From Eledone cirrhosa (taxonomy: Eukaryota): a stretch of DNA of 64,000 nucleotides. A model generated the notes under the pieces. That model searched no databases, was not told the DNA's origin, and was given only the letters and a program-made list of their open reading frames with translations. Positions 26,410-38,817 of the stretch are shown piece after piece. The stretch lies in assembly GCA_964016885.1 (NCBI GenBank), contig OZ024742.1, forward strand, positions 289,912,001 to 289,976,000, read 5' to 3'. Made by a program: the position numbers and the translations under genes. How positions within the stretch are numbered: position 1 is the first letter of the stretch; each line of letters starts with the position of its first letter.

Positions 26410-26976
26410 TAGAAGTTGAACAAAAAACCAAAAAGAAGAAATGAAGCTTACTTCTGTTGTTTTGATTCATTGATATACCTCGGACTGATATTTGGTGTTG
26501 CTTACTAGTAATACCAAAATATGTCCTCTTTTATTTCAAATGATTGCAATTCCCAGTGAGAGTCAGTTGCACAATTACCATTAACAAGTCCCAAGGTCAA
26601 ACTCTGCAGGTTGTCTGTCTCCATCTAGAAGAGGGATGTTTCTCACATGGTCAATAGTATGTAGGTTATTCCAGACTAGTAAGACTCCACAAACTCTTCA
26701 TATATGCTCCAAAGAAAAAAATTAAAAACATTGTATATATTGAAGTTCTGTAAATGTTTTATTTTCGTAGAATACATTTTTCTATTATTTTCTTTCTTTA
26801 TTTTCTGTTGCCTTCTTTTCCAAAAATGGAATGAGGTAGGGGGGACCTTGCATTTTCCAAGCCTTGGCGATTTCTTCAGTGCAAATAACAGGCAGGAAGG
26901 GAGCATAACACTCAGAGTTACAGATAAGCACCTTTCAGCCATTTCCATTTATAGAGAAGCAATTCCTTGATACTAA

Positions 26977-27122
26977 GTGTTCCCCAATTTACAAATCCAC
27001 CATTCCAACGAGGAGTGGCTGTGTGAAAGAGCAAGCATTGCTCCCCAAGACATCACAGTGAATGCCATCAACAAAATCTTTTACAAATGATCCCTGGAGG
27101 TAGCCAGACCTATAAATCTATC
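26977..27122 (+). pseudogene. Helitron PIF1-like helicase fragment
   Basis: VFPNLQIHHSNEEWLCERASIAPQDITVNAIN, then a frameshift, then LQMIPGGSQTYKSI. Confidence 0.7.
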
Positions 27123-27367
27123 ACCACTAAAATCATAGTATACATGGAACATCTGTCAGTGTTTTATAATTCTCGTAGAATACATTTTCCTTTTATTTTC
27201 TTTATTACTTTCTGTATTTAGATATTCTAGATAAATTTTAAAAATTGTTATGCAATATTTAAATACCTTTTAACATCTTTTATTCTAAGGAAAATGGACA
27301 TTACGACAGACAACAATAGGTGCCTTAAGCACAGTGCAGACGAGCGTGAAGGCTGGGAGTAAATATA

Positions 27368-28632
27368 CAGGGTGCGAATGATATTTATTCGCAAGATTAC
27401 TGTCTAGGAAAAAATAACACAGTAGTCTTATTTTTTAAGATATATTTATCAAACTTGCGTCAGTTTGTCTTCATGACTTGTTCTTTCGATCTCACTCGGT
27501 AAACCTGCCATTGGCTTTGATGACGGCCTCAAGGCGGCCTCAGAACTGGCTACAGGCCTTCGTCACTGTCCCCCGACTTAAGCCCCTAAAGGCACTTGTG
27601 ATCCTGGCCTTCAGATCGTCTTTCGTATTGCAGCTAGATCTGTTGGTGTCTCGTTCCACTGCATCCCACACAAAGAAGTAGAGGGGGTTGCAGTCAGGCG
27701 AGCTGGGATGCCAGATGTCAGGTGAAGTGTGGTCAACAAAGTTCTCTGACAGCCAGGCTTGGGTCTTTCGGCTAGTATGGCAGGGCGCTGAGTCTTGTTG
27801 CAACACGTACGGCCTACCTGCAGCTACCTAGTCGATCCAGGGCTTTACTACGTCGCTCAGAACGCGGATGTAGCCATCGGTGTTCAGCTTGAGGCCCTCA
27901 GGGAAGAAGTGAGGTGGCATGACGTCACCTTGACTGCTGACGACACTTAAGACCAATGTTGTCACTGGAAACTTTGTCTGCATGACTCTGGGCACGTCTT
28001 TGGATGAGACAGCGAGCCACCTGTTCTGGAAGTTAATCTTTTGGTCTTGGCAGAAGTTTTTCTCGTCGGAGAAAAACCACAGCATGTCTGGCTCCAGTGG
28101 GTGTTTCAACTTGTTGATCAGCTTCTTTGTGTGGTTCAGTCGCTTTTCTTGCATCACCTTTGACAGAAATTGTCCTTTCCTCATCTTGTATGAAACGTAG
28201 CGAATGTCTTCATGTACCACCATTGCAAGGTATGCATCGACTTGCTAGGTTCATTGTTGATGATATCCTGAACTTCAGCGACGAACTCGGGCGTTCTGAA
28301 GGCGTCAGATCATCGATCATGTGTTTTCCTCTCTGATGTTGCTTCGTAGTCGAATCCTGAATCTTCCAATTCCTTTCTGACCTTTTCCACCATTCTCCTG
28401 ATGACGCTGGGAAAGTCTGAAATTTCCTTATTTGTCCTCCCGGTGCGGATTCCAAGAAGAACTCCGTGTCTCTTCTACAAATTTGGAGGTTCAAAATTAT
28501 TCATAATCAATTATTCTGAAAATAAATAATAGAAATATAGTCACTGTTTTTATGAAGACAAGAGTGACAACGGAAGTAAAAAAAAATTACATAAAATTAG
28601 CAGTTGAAAATTGCGAACAAATATTGTCCACA
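27368..28632 (-). mobile_element. decayed Tc1/mariner, DD37D (maT)-like
   Basis: Left TIR TA|CAGGGTG and a degenerate right TIR. Peptides FSDEKNF and QQDSAPCH...SPDCNPL with 37-residue spacing. Stops and frameshifts present. Confidence 0.8.
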
Positions 28633-28768
28633 TATATATAATGATGATAATTTAGAGGGATAAGCTAAAATTATTCTTTCAGTACTAAGATATACTTATA
28701 ATATAAAATTATGTGAGATTTTAATTTAAATAGGTACTCTTTAAAATGAATAGTTTGAAATATAGTTG

Positions 28769-28803
<35 letters not shown>

Positions 28804-28991
28804 GCAAAAGTTCTATTTAAATTGTTGGGATACAACAAGTAAATATTTTTATAACTGATATAAAGCACTCGACAAGTATTTGGAGTAGATATACGATATT
28901 AACAAATAGAAACTATATTTATAAAACCATATTTATTTCATTATACATATTTCAAGGATACCAAGTTAAATTATAAAACTGGTATATATTG

Positions 28992-29056
28992 TATTTTGTC
29001 TGATGAAGGCATACCATAATTTAACTTGGTATCCTTGAAATATGTATAATGAAATA
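28992..29056 (+). ncRNA. minimal hammerhead-like motif in a pLTR relic, with an inverted partial copy at about 28890-28975
   Basis: CTGATGA-AGGcATACCA..TGGTATCCTT-GAAA-TATGTA-TA. Confidence 0.6.
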
Positions 29057-29197
29057 AATATGGTTTTATAAATATAGTTTCCATTTGTTAATATCGTATA
29101 TATATATATATATATATAAAAGGTTTATAATTTTCTTCTTCAAACTCTCTAGTTATATCATAGCTCTAATATGAAACATTCTTTACATGTATAATAA

Positions 29198-29490
29198 ATA
29201 CTGGTCAGTTATTAGGCTGTGGCCATGCTAGGGCACTGCCTTAATTTAGTCAATCATATTGACTTTAGTACTTGTCTTCAAGTCTTGGTACTTATTTTAT
29301 CAATCTCGTTTTTGTTAAATTACTGAACTTAAACACACACATATATGTGCAACAGCCATTTCCTATTTCTATCTACCAAATTCCATGCACAAGGCATTGG
29401 TCAACCTGAGGTTATAATAGGTGCTATACAGTAGGAGTGAACCAGAAACCAGGTGGTTGTAAAGAGAACTCCTTAACCACACAGCCATAA
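29198..29490 (-). mobile_element. tRNA-headed SINE with CR1-like 3' tail
   Basis: Head TGGCTGTGTGGTTAAG...GGTTCACTCC. Tail is similar to 2862-2902. Confidence 0.65.
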
Positions 29491-30958
29491 CTTTAGAGCT
29501 TAAATATCTTCAGTTGTTTTATTATTAGTATGTAAATAGCCAAATGGTGTTTAAATTGCTTTAGTCTGATAATCCAGTACTTTATAAAGACTAATTACTG
29601 ATGTAATGCGATTAGTATTAATCTTATTCCTGTGTTAGTAACAATCAATGATTACATATGTTTTATATAGCCTGAAGACAGTATTGTGTTCCTAAATATA
29701 TTGCAAGTGTGATGTAACTGGACTACAATTTCTAATATCAAAATAAATGTTTGCAGTGTTATGTTTATCGTGAAAATCTCTTCAGCTATCTTATGTTTTT
29801 GGTTCCAACTGGTAATAACCGCTCTCTCATTGTAAACATTCTTAACTGTACATACATACATATATGTATATATATAATATGTACGCACACATATATATAT
29901 AATTTTTTTAATATATTGCTCTTAAATTGTTGGAAGCATCAAAATAATATTTTTATATAATTGTTATATTTTGAGAGAGGCACTTGACTCCTCTGTTGAG
30001 TTTCCCCATCTCAATCCTCCCTCGTTCCCTATATGCACCCTCCACACACATTCTTACCTCATCCCTCTTTTCAGGCCAAGCCATGCAGGCACAGAAAGAA
30101 GAAACAAGTGTTCCCCCAACATCCTGCTTCCTCTCACATCCCCAAATCACCTTTCTTGTCCAACCCCTGTTGACACGGAAGAAAAAAAGATGTGTTCCCT
30201 ACTCCCACCCACATCCCTTCCCCTTGTCCAGCCCATGCCTGCATGGAAAACCAGGCATGCTTTACAATATACAACCAAATTCAACTTACTCTCTTCTTGG
30301 CCACCTCCATAACTTAACGCATCCTCTTTCATGGTGGTTTGAACCCTCCCCCCACTCCCATCAATGCTTCAATAAAATACACCCAGTCCTCTCTGTAAGG
30401 TGGTAGTGCTTTTGCCACAATAAAAGCACCGTTTCACACTGTAAGGCAGTAGTGCTGGTGCCACAAATAAAAGCACCTCGTCCTCTCTGTAAGATAGTAG
30501 TACCAGTGGCATGATACAATGCTCCTAATACATGCTGTAAAGTGGTTGGCATTAGGAAGGGCATAGAAACCAAGCCCAAAATGTAGCATATGAACAAGAT
30601 GTGTTCACCTGACTAGTTGAAGCTCGGTACATGACAACTTGTCTAACCCATGCAAGTACAGAAAATAGACGTTAAACGATGATTATAATGATTATATATA
30701 TATATAGTACTAGAAATTTCTTTTACCACATTATTTACAATAGGCAAATACCTTTCTTGGACACAATCCCATTGGTTAAATCATTAAAAATTAAGAGAGA
30801 ACTTGCTTTCCAGGAAGTGGATTTAATTTGTGAGAATATTTTCATTCAGTCATATCAAGGAAGCAACAACCTCCTGAGTACTGGTGCCACATAAATATAA
30901 AGTGTAATCCTAATAAGACTGTTTTTGCATCCCTGTGTTTGTTTTGTTTTATTTGTTC

Positions 30959-31008
<50 letters not shown>

Positions 31009-31494
31009 CTGGTGCTACAACAAAAATCACTTAGTACATCCTCTAAGGTGGTTGGTGTTAGGAAGGGCATCCAACCATAGAAATCTTGCCAAATATAAAA
31101 TGTAATGAGCAAGAAAGGTTTCTCTAATCTGTCTGGTCTCAGTCCAACCAGCCCATGCTAATGTAGAAAGTGGACATAAAATGATGGTGGTGATTCTATC
31201 TAAAGTGTAAGGCAAATATAGCTGAAGAGAGCACTCTGTGTATGCATATGAATAGAGCCTTACTGTCTGAATATGGCAAATGGAAAACACCCTCCAATCA
31301 GCCAAAACTATCCTTGCAATTTTAAGACCTAAACTCCCTTTAGTAAGATCAAAATATTTGTTGCTTTCACCAACTTGTCTAAACGACAAGGGCCACATTC
31401 ACAGCCGAGGAATTATATCCCTTGCTTGCTCTCCAAGACCTGAGCATCCCCAAAGAGAATTTTGGTTTTGAACTTGTGAGGATAGTCTCAATAT

Positions 31495-32010
31495 ATGGTG
31501 GTGATAGTAGTGGTGTTGATGATGGTGATGTTGGTAATAATAGTGGTAATGATGATTGTGATGGTGTTTATGATAGTAAAGGTGATGATGGTAATGATGG
31601 AAATGATGTTGGTAGTAGTGATGGTAATGATGATGATGGTGATGTTGATGATTTTGGTAATAATGGCAGTGATGGTGATGATGAATGTTTAAGGTAAAGA
31701 CTGAAGTACTTGTGATCTGTAAAGTTTGTTAATCATCAACCAAGCACTTGATTGACCTGCTATAGTGAGGTAGATTAATATTATACTACATTATCAACAT
31801 AAAAAACAACAATAGCAACAACATCAAAATTATATGACATCAACATCATCATCAAGACCAATAATAGCATCATCATCATTGTTGTCATCAACAACATAAA
31901 CATGAACAACATCGGCAACAATAACATTGACATCATCATCTATAACAAAAACAGCAACATCAACATCAATAACACCAACACCATCAACATTACCAGCAAC
32001 AACATCAATA
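31495..32010. repeat. low-complexity (GAT/GGT)n and (CAA/CAT)n tracts
   Basis: Read directly from sequence. Confidence 0.85.
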
Positions 32011-32219
32011 TGTTCACTTGCATCACACCAAGATGGTAATACATTACCAGTAGTATATCAGTATACTTGCATAACTACATGTTATAATTATATGAGCATC
32101 TGATGATGTCATATGGAGACTGTCAGTGATATAACCATTGCATAACCATGTCATTGAAATATAAAGCAATTATGTAAAAGTAATCCTGCCTTAACAACAT
32201 TTCATGTATGTATATATAT

Positions 32220-34165
32220 ATCATCATCATCATCGTTTAACGTCCATGTTCCACGCTTGCATGGGTTTGAACGGGAGTTTTCCCACTTGAGGCAAGAGTG
32301 GTTGTCTTGCTCGCATAGGACTGTCTGGCGGGTTTTCTACAGCTGGATGCCCTTCCTAACACCAACCACATTTACAGTGTGGGACTGGGAGGTTTTTACC
32401 GTGTTGCCTACACGGTCACATTACAGCGTGGACTGTGTGTTTTTTTGTCGTGACACCTACACGATCTCATTTGTTTCGGCCTGGATGTTGTGGCACCAAC
32501 ATAACTTTACATTGAAAGGGGGGTGTGGATGGGGTGGGGGTGGTGGGACGGGGGTGTATTTTGTTAGAGATGCCTACTGACTGTAGTAGGTTTTACTTTG
32601 TATTTAGGTAAGGCGGGTCTTCTCTATTACTGAGTACCGCCAAAGATCTCGGTCCAGTGACATTGTCTTGGAGAGGTGTAAGTGTGTGAGGTCGGAATTT
32701 ATCAGGTCGTCCCAGGTTTTTCTGGGTCTGCCTACTCCGTGGCTACCGTCTATCTTTATTGTCCTGCACTTTTTTATACAGCTGTCGTCTTTCATGCGCA
32801 TCACATGACCATACCAACATAGCCTTCTCTCGAGTAAACAACATCTGATCCCTCTTATTTCTAATTTTTCCCTTAGTTTGTTTATGCTTTGCCGTTCACG
32901 TATATTACTTCGTTCCTCTCTAGTCTGCGTATATCCTCTGCACACAATGCCCAGGTCTCACTGCCATGCAACATTGCTGTTCGTATGCAGGCATCATACA
33001 GCCTGCCTTTCATTTTTAGGGAGAACCCTTTAGCGGCTAATAGTGTTATAAGCTCTCTGAACTTTTTCCATCCAGTTCTGACTCTAGCTACTGTACTTTC
33101 AGAGCACCCTCCCCCACTGCTGATTTTGTCACCCAGGTAACGGAAGCTGTCCACTATTTCTATAGAACCCTCTGCGCAATTGAAAGAGCTAGTATTTTGT
33201 GGGCACTTGCTGCTACTTATTGCACCAGAGCACCGGCCACATGTAAGATCTATGTTCTTAGTTAGCTTACCTGTGATCCCACTACATCTTTTATGCACCC
33301 ATACTTTGCATTTGGGACATAAAATGGAGTTTCTACCTACGCCTTTCTTACACACTGAGCATGGCCATTTCCCGGAAGGGACCAGCGCCTTATTTTCTTT
33401 CCTACAAACTAGAACTTTAGTCTTAGCCAGGTTAATTTTAAGGCCTTTTGATTCTAGGCCGTGCTTCCATGTTTGGAATTTCTTCTCTAGCTTGGCCATT
33501 GATTCAGCTATGAGCGTTAGATCATCTGCGTATAGGAGTTCCCATGGGCAGCTGGTCTTGAACTCCACTGTTATAGCCTGAAGGGCAATAATAAATAGTA
33601 GGGTGTTAAGAACAGAGCCCTGATGAACACCAACTTTTACGCTAAACTCTTCACTATATTCGTTGTTAATTCTAACCTTGCTGACTGTTTCTTTATACAT
33701 GGCTTGTATAGCTCTCACAAGCCATTCATCAGCACCTAGTTTTCTAAGAGCCCACCAGATAATGGAACGGGGGACTCTGTTGAAGGCTTTCTCCAAGTCG
33801 ACAAAAGCTAAGTATAGGGGTTTACTTTTAGCTAGGTACTTCTCCTGTAGTTGTCGTACAATGAAAAGAGCGTCTGTGGTACTTTTGCCTGACACAAACC
33901 CGAACTGCATTTCATCTAGATCAATTCTCTCTCTGATTAGTTGCGCTATTACTTTTTCCGTGACCTTCATGACCTGGTCGATTAATTTAATGCCTCTATA
34001 GTTACTCCTATCTAGGGCATCTCCTTTACCCTTGTAACAGTTAATGATGATGCTGCTACGCCAGTCCTTCGGAACAACCCCATTCTCTATGACTTGGTTT
34101 ACTATCCGGGTGACCATGGTGTGTCCCACCGTTCCAGAGGCTTTCAGCATCTCAGCAACTATTTC

Positions 34166-34168
<3 letters not shown>
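32220..34168 (-). mobile_element. RTE LINE, 5'-truncated, young
   Basis: 422-aa RT ORF (YADD, Cys-rich insert) with one small deletion/frameshift, 3' UTR and tail. Flanked by (TA)n. Confidence 0.92.
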
Positions 34169-34213
<45 letters not shown>

Positions 34214-35068
34214 TAGGAAAATTAACTAAGAGAAGAAAATGAATGAAAACAAGGCAGAACAAAAAAAAAAATTTATTAAAGGGGAAACCTTAAAAAAATA
34301 TTTTAATTCCAAGGTCTTCAGCCATGCCGATGCACTTTGACAGTTTCAACCCTTACTGACGAGGATTCATTTTAATATTCCAAGTTGGATGATTTGTACT
34401 CTTGATGGTGTGTGACTTTATCTCCTCTATTGAACTATGTGGTGTTTTGGATGATGTGTCTTGAGTGCCTCACTGATAATACTTCCATCTATATTGGATC
34501 TTTTTCAATTTTTTTTTACTTTGAAGGCTTGATGGGTGTATTTATTTATTTATTCCACACACCATTATATCCTTTGAACATTTTGGGAAAAAATTGTTAT
34601 TATAACTGAATTATGTAGTCGAACTTATAGTCTTGCACCTGTCTGTAATCCCTGGCTATGCTACATGTGCATCTAACCTTTTTAAAATATATTTTAAAAT
34701 TTATATTTGAAATGCATGCTTTTTCACTTATTAACTTTCTTAATTTATCTGCAACAAACAGCATGTTTTTTCCGCCTCAGTTACCTTATATAAATTTTGA
34801 TGCTTACAATTATCTAACCTCCCATATTATGTATCCTCCTAATGTTCTCGTGACAAAGTTTTGCTCTTATATTTGTGTTTGACTCTTGTTATCAACTCCG
34901 ATGATTCTGGCCTTGTGCTAAGATGAAATAATCGTCTGTTATTAAATGTTTGAAAGATTAAAAACTCTTTGATTATCATTTACATTGTATTTTGGCTCTG
35001 TATTATACTTGTTATTTTATATTGAGCTATTTTCATACTTGTAACTGGGTAATATTTATTATTACCCA

Positions 35069-35102
<34 letters not shown>

Positions 35103-35107
35103 CTATA

Positions 35108-35159
<52 letters not shown>

Positions 35160-35160
<1 letters not shown>

Positions 35161-35485
35161 TACTAAAACTCTGTGATTGTGTCTTGCCTGTAATTTCATA
35201 CAGCCAAAACAGTGCATAAGGGGAAAATATTTTGAAAGAAAGTTGCCCCTGAAATGGGAATACAAATAGAATAAAACAAGTTTTGCGTAAATCAGAGCAT
35301 GGGTTCCCGAGATACAGGGTTTTTCTGGATACCTTCATAAATAGAAAGAGAGAAAGAGATAGTGGTTGTGAGAGAGTAGATTGAAAAAGAAACATGTCTG
35401 TGTATATTTTAATTATTTTTAAATGAACATGATTTTTAAAATATATTTTTAAGTGAATGTGACCCAACGAGTCACGGGTGGTCTA

Positions 35486-35486
<1 letters not shown>
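35160..35486 (+). mobile_element. possible non-autonomous Helitron
   Basis: Ends in the subterminal hairpin ACCC..GGGT followed by CTAG|T. Confidence 0.45.
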
Positions 35487-35531
<45 letters not shown>

Positions 35532-36401
35532 GCTCTTCAGCAGTGTCATAATAGGACAACTAGCTTAGTGCTGGTGATTTACATAATAAATGCACCCAGT
35601 ATACTTTATAAAGTACTTGGTTATAGATAGGAAAGGCATCCAGCTGTACAAAACTTACCAAACAAAGGATTGGGATAACCTTTCAGCTGTGTGAAGACCT
35701 GACAACCTCCCTAGTACTAGTGCCATGATAAAATGCACTCGGCAGAGCGTTGGAATATTTTGCAAGCAAGATGCTCAGAAGAATGTAGAAATTTAAGTAA
35801 GATGCAGGCCCTTGGCCCGTCTGTGAGGTCAGTAGCACTTCATGAGTATGGGGGACCCTTGAATGACAACTCATTCAGCAGAAACAGACATTAAATGATG
35901 ATGTTGATGATGATAATGTAGTAGTTGTTAGAATGAGCCAAACTTGAAGAAAAACAGAAGTCTTGATGCTGAAGTTTTAAAACATATGTATGTATATATA
36001 AACACCAATCTCTATTAAAACACACAAACATGTATATAGATATGTACAATAGCATTGTCTATGGCTCTAATCCTGATCATCTCAATCCACTTGTATGTAA
36101 CTGTCTTAAGTACTTCAGTGTTTATATTTAACTTGTGTACTGATCTGTGTGTTGTCTTAATTCTGTCTTCTAATCAGTCATATGTTTAGACATGTGTTGA
36201 GGCTAGTATTGCTTTCTTTGCCTCTGTGTGTGCGTGTGTGTTTATATACACACACACATACACATGTGTATACAAACGAATGTTTTTAATCAGTCATATG
36301 CTTATGCATGTGTTGATTCATGCATATTCACATATATATATATATATATGTGTATACATATACAAGTGTGTATGTGTGTGTATATATATATACATATATA
36401 T

Positions 36402-37116
36402 ATGAATAAAGTTAGTCCTTCATCAGTGATCTTCCAACCATCATTGGTATTTCATCGCTTTAAAGACCATATACCTCCGGTTGGTGCGAGCAACGGCTAA
36501 AAAAAGTCGTTGGGACACGTAAATAAAGGGGACACGAGAGTGTAAACAAACAAAGATGGTGAAGCAACGAAAAGTGAGGAAGAACGAGTCAAGTCCAAAA
36601 ATTTCCATGACTATAAGTTCGGTGAAATCGTGAACGAGAGAGAATAAAGACAATGAAACCTGGTTGGAATGTGAGCAAGGAAGGAATTCCGTACAGGTCT
36701 AACAGGAGGAAGAAGGGGTCTAGTCTGTGAATTCGGTGAACATAAGTTCTGTGAAATCGTAGATGAGAGAGAGAAAAAAAGCGAACTAGCCTGACCAAGA
36801 GTGCAAAAGAAAAGAATTACGCACAGGTCAAACGGGAAGAAGGAGGAGGAGGAGAGGTAGTAACAGAGAGTGAGTGAGTGAAGGGTGAGGAAGAGGCTAA
36901 CAGAGAGAGTGACTGTTAGAGAGGGTTAAGATACAGAGAAAGAGGAAGCAGTAAGAACGAAATAGACGGGTCACAGCAGGGGAAAAAATATGTGTAAATA
37001 TGAGAATAAACGTGCTGCGTGGTTGCAAATGGGTTACATATGAATAAAGTTAGTCCTTCATCAGTGATCTTCCAACCATCATTGGTATTTCATCGCTTTA
37101 AAGACCATATACCTCC
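36402..37116 (+). mobile_element. small non-coding element with ~77-bp terminal direct repeats (TRIM-like)
   Basis: ATGAATAAAGTTAG...ATACCTCC at 36402 and about 37040. Purine-rich interior, TA flanks. Confidence 0.6.
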
Positions 37117-37925
37117 AGATATATATATATATGAAAGTAATGAGTGATTATGTGTAGTGCTTAAATGTCTTGTATGAGTTTGTTTACATGTGTTTGTCAT
37201 GCAGCAGAAATTTTCATAATACTTACTATATATTGGTACATTTCTTGATAAGCTCTGATCCATGTGACCATAGGAACATCACCATCATCACCAGTATCAT
37301 CACTACCAGCACCATCGTCATCATCATTACTACCACCAGCATCATAATCACTATCATCAACACCACCACCATCACATCTGAAACTACCCAATACCACTGT
37401 TATTACCACTACCCCCCCCATCCCTATCCTCAACATATCAAAAATCTACCCTCTCTCAGTTCGGAATGACGTCTCAACTTCCAAGTAAGACTTTCTGTGA
37501 ACATTTTGCATTATACACATTATATATACACTAATTAGACATACTTGTATATATATTTATATACATTATACATACTGTATATATTCATTATATATAAATA
37601 CACACACACATGTATTTATATAAATATACTTCTCACCTTCCATAATACAGACCAAGACATTGTGTAAATATATCAATATATTATCCATACTTATTTATAG
37701 TGTACATTATACACAGAATATTCATACTTATATATACATAACTATATATATATAATTAAATTCCTTACATACCCCCCTCCCCCACTGCTATGAAGGAATT
37801 TAACCATGTACATGTCATTCCAAAATCATTGACCACTGCCCATGACAGATAAGAAAAACAACAATTTTTAGGATTGTTTGATTTGATACTTCTCTGTTTT
37901 GATTGCATGCCCATATATGGACTGT

Positions 37926-38021
37926 ACCCCTTGATAAGTTCAGCTAGGTCCCTGCTGTCCTAATTCTACTGGTTTAGTTTGGATCTAGCTGTCGAAATGG
38001 CCGGAGCTCAGCCGTCGGGGT
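37926..38021 (+). ncRNA. type I hammerhead ribozyme, U3-A8 core variant
   Basis: ACCCC-TTGATAA-G..CAGCTAGGTCC...GGATCTAGCTG.C-GAAA-TGGC(loop)GCCG-TC-GGGGT. Confidence 0.75.
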
Positions 38022-38598
38022 CTCGACTCTTTTCCTGTTACCCACTCTACTATCCTAAGTATCGAGTACTCTGGTGCGTTATGGTCCATCTGGTTCCTTA
38101 CCACACTTTCTTTGTTATATATATATATTTGAATTAATAACAGCACGTATAATCACCAATAATATTTATATTTTATCTATTTATATAAATATGTATATAA
38201 TTGACTGGTTGTAATATAATAAACTAAAATGTACTTACAACCTTAATTCCTTAAACTATAATTATATACATTATATATATAATATTATAACTCATGATTT
38301 GGTTATATATTTAAAAATTTTTGGATTAGTATTCTACCACTTCAACACATTTTTAATTTTTACATCTACTTGCACCCTAATAATAATATTAGCCTATCTT
38401 TCTTCCTTCTTCTTCATCTGATTCTTTTATAAAGTATCCTAATAATATAACGATTTTTTCAGTTCATTCTTCTACTTCATTTGCATATCCATCCTAAATG
38501 ATTTGAAATTTTTCTCTTTTTCTTTCACTATCCAATTGGAACCTGAACCGTTAAGATCTGGTTTATCGGGTATGTCACTATTTATAAAACAAATTTTG

Positions 38599-38661
38599 TA
38601 TTTTATCTGATGAGATCATACCAAAGTTTTTTGGTACCCTTGAAATATATATAATAAAATA
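38599..38661 (+). ncRNA. minimal hammerhead-like motif (family of 28992)
   Basis: TATTTTAT-CTGATGA..TACCAAA/TTTGGTA..GAAA-TATATA-TA-ATAAAATA. Confidence 0.55.
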
Positions 38662-38781
38662 AATATGGTTTTATAAATATAGTTTCCATTTATTAATATC
38701 ATTGATATTATACTCCAGGAAACTTGTAGAGTGCTTCGAATCTGTTATAATAAATAAATTTGTTGAATTACCAGCAAATTA

Positions 38782-38817
38782 TCTTCTGATGAAGGATTAG
38801 CGTCCGAAACGTTAAGA
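38782..38817 (+). ncRNA. minimal PLE-type hammerhead motif
   Basis: TCTT-CTGATGA-aGGA..TCC-GAAAC-GTT-AAGA, with palindromic AACGTT stem III. Confidence 0.7.

Noticed and set aside
29652-30875. Possible two-exon minus-strand gene (MKIFSQ...VSKK / VKNVYNE...)
   Set aside because: The phases are compatible, but the acceptor is weak and there is no recognisable homology. It is unsupported without RNA data.
31422-31697. Asp/Gly/Asn-rich ORF
   Set aside because: It is a translation of (GAT/GGT)n low-complexity sequence.
34350-34390. CTGACGAG-GA..TCC motif
   Set aside because: No GAAA or stems I/III follow it.
36410-36460. Minus-strand GAAA...CTGATGA in the 77-bp repeat as a type II hammerhead
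   Set aside because: The stems and the NUH site cannot be formed convincingly.
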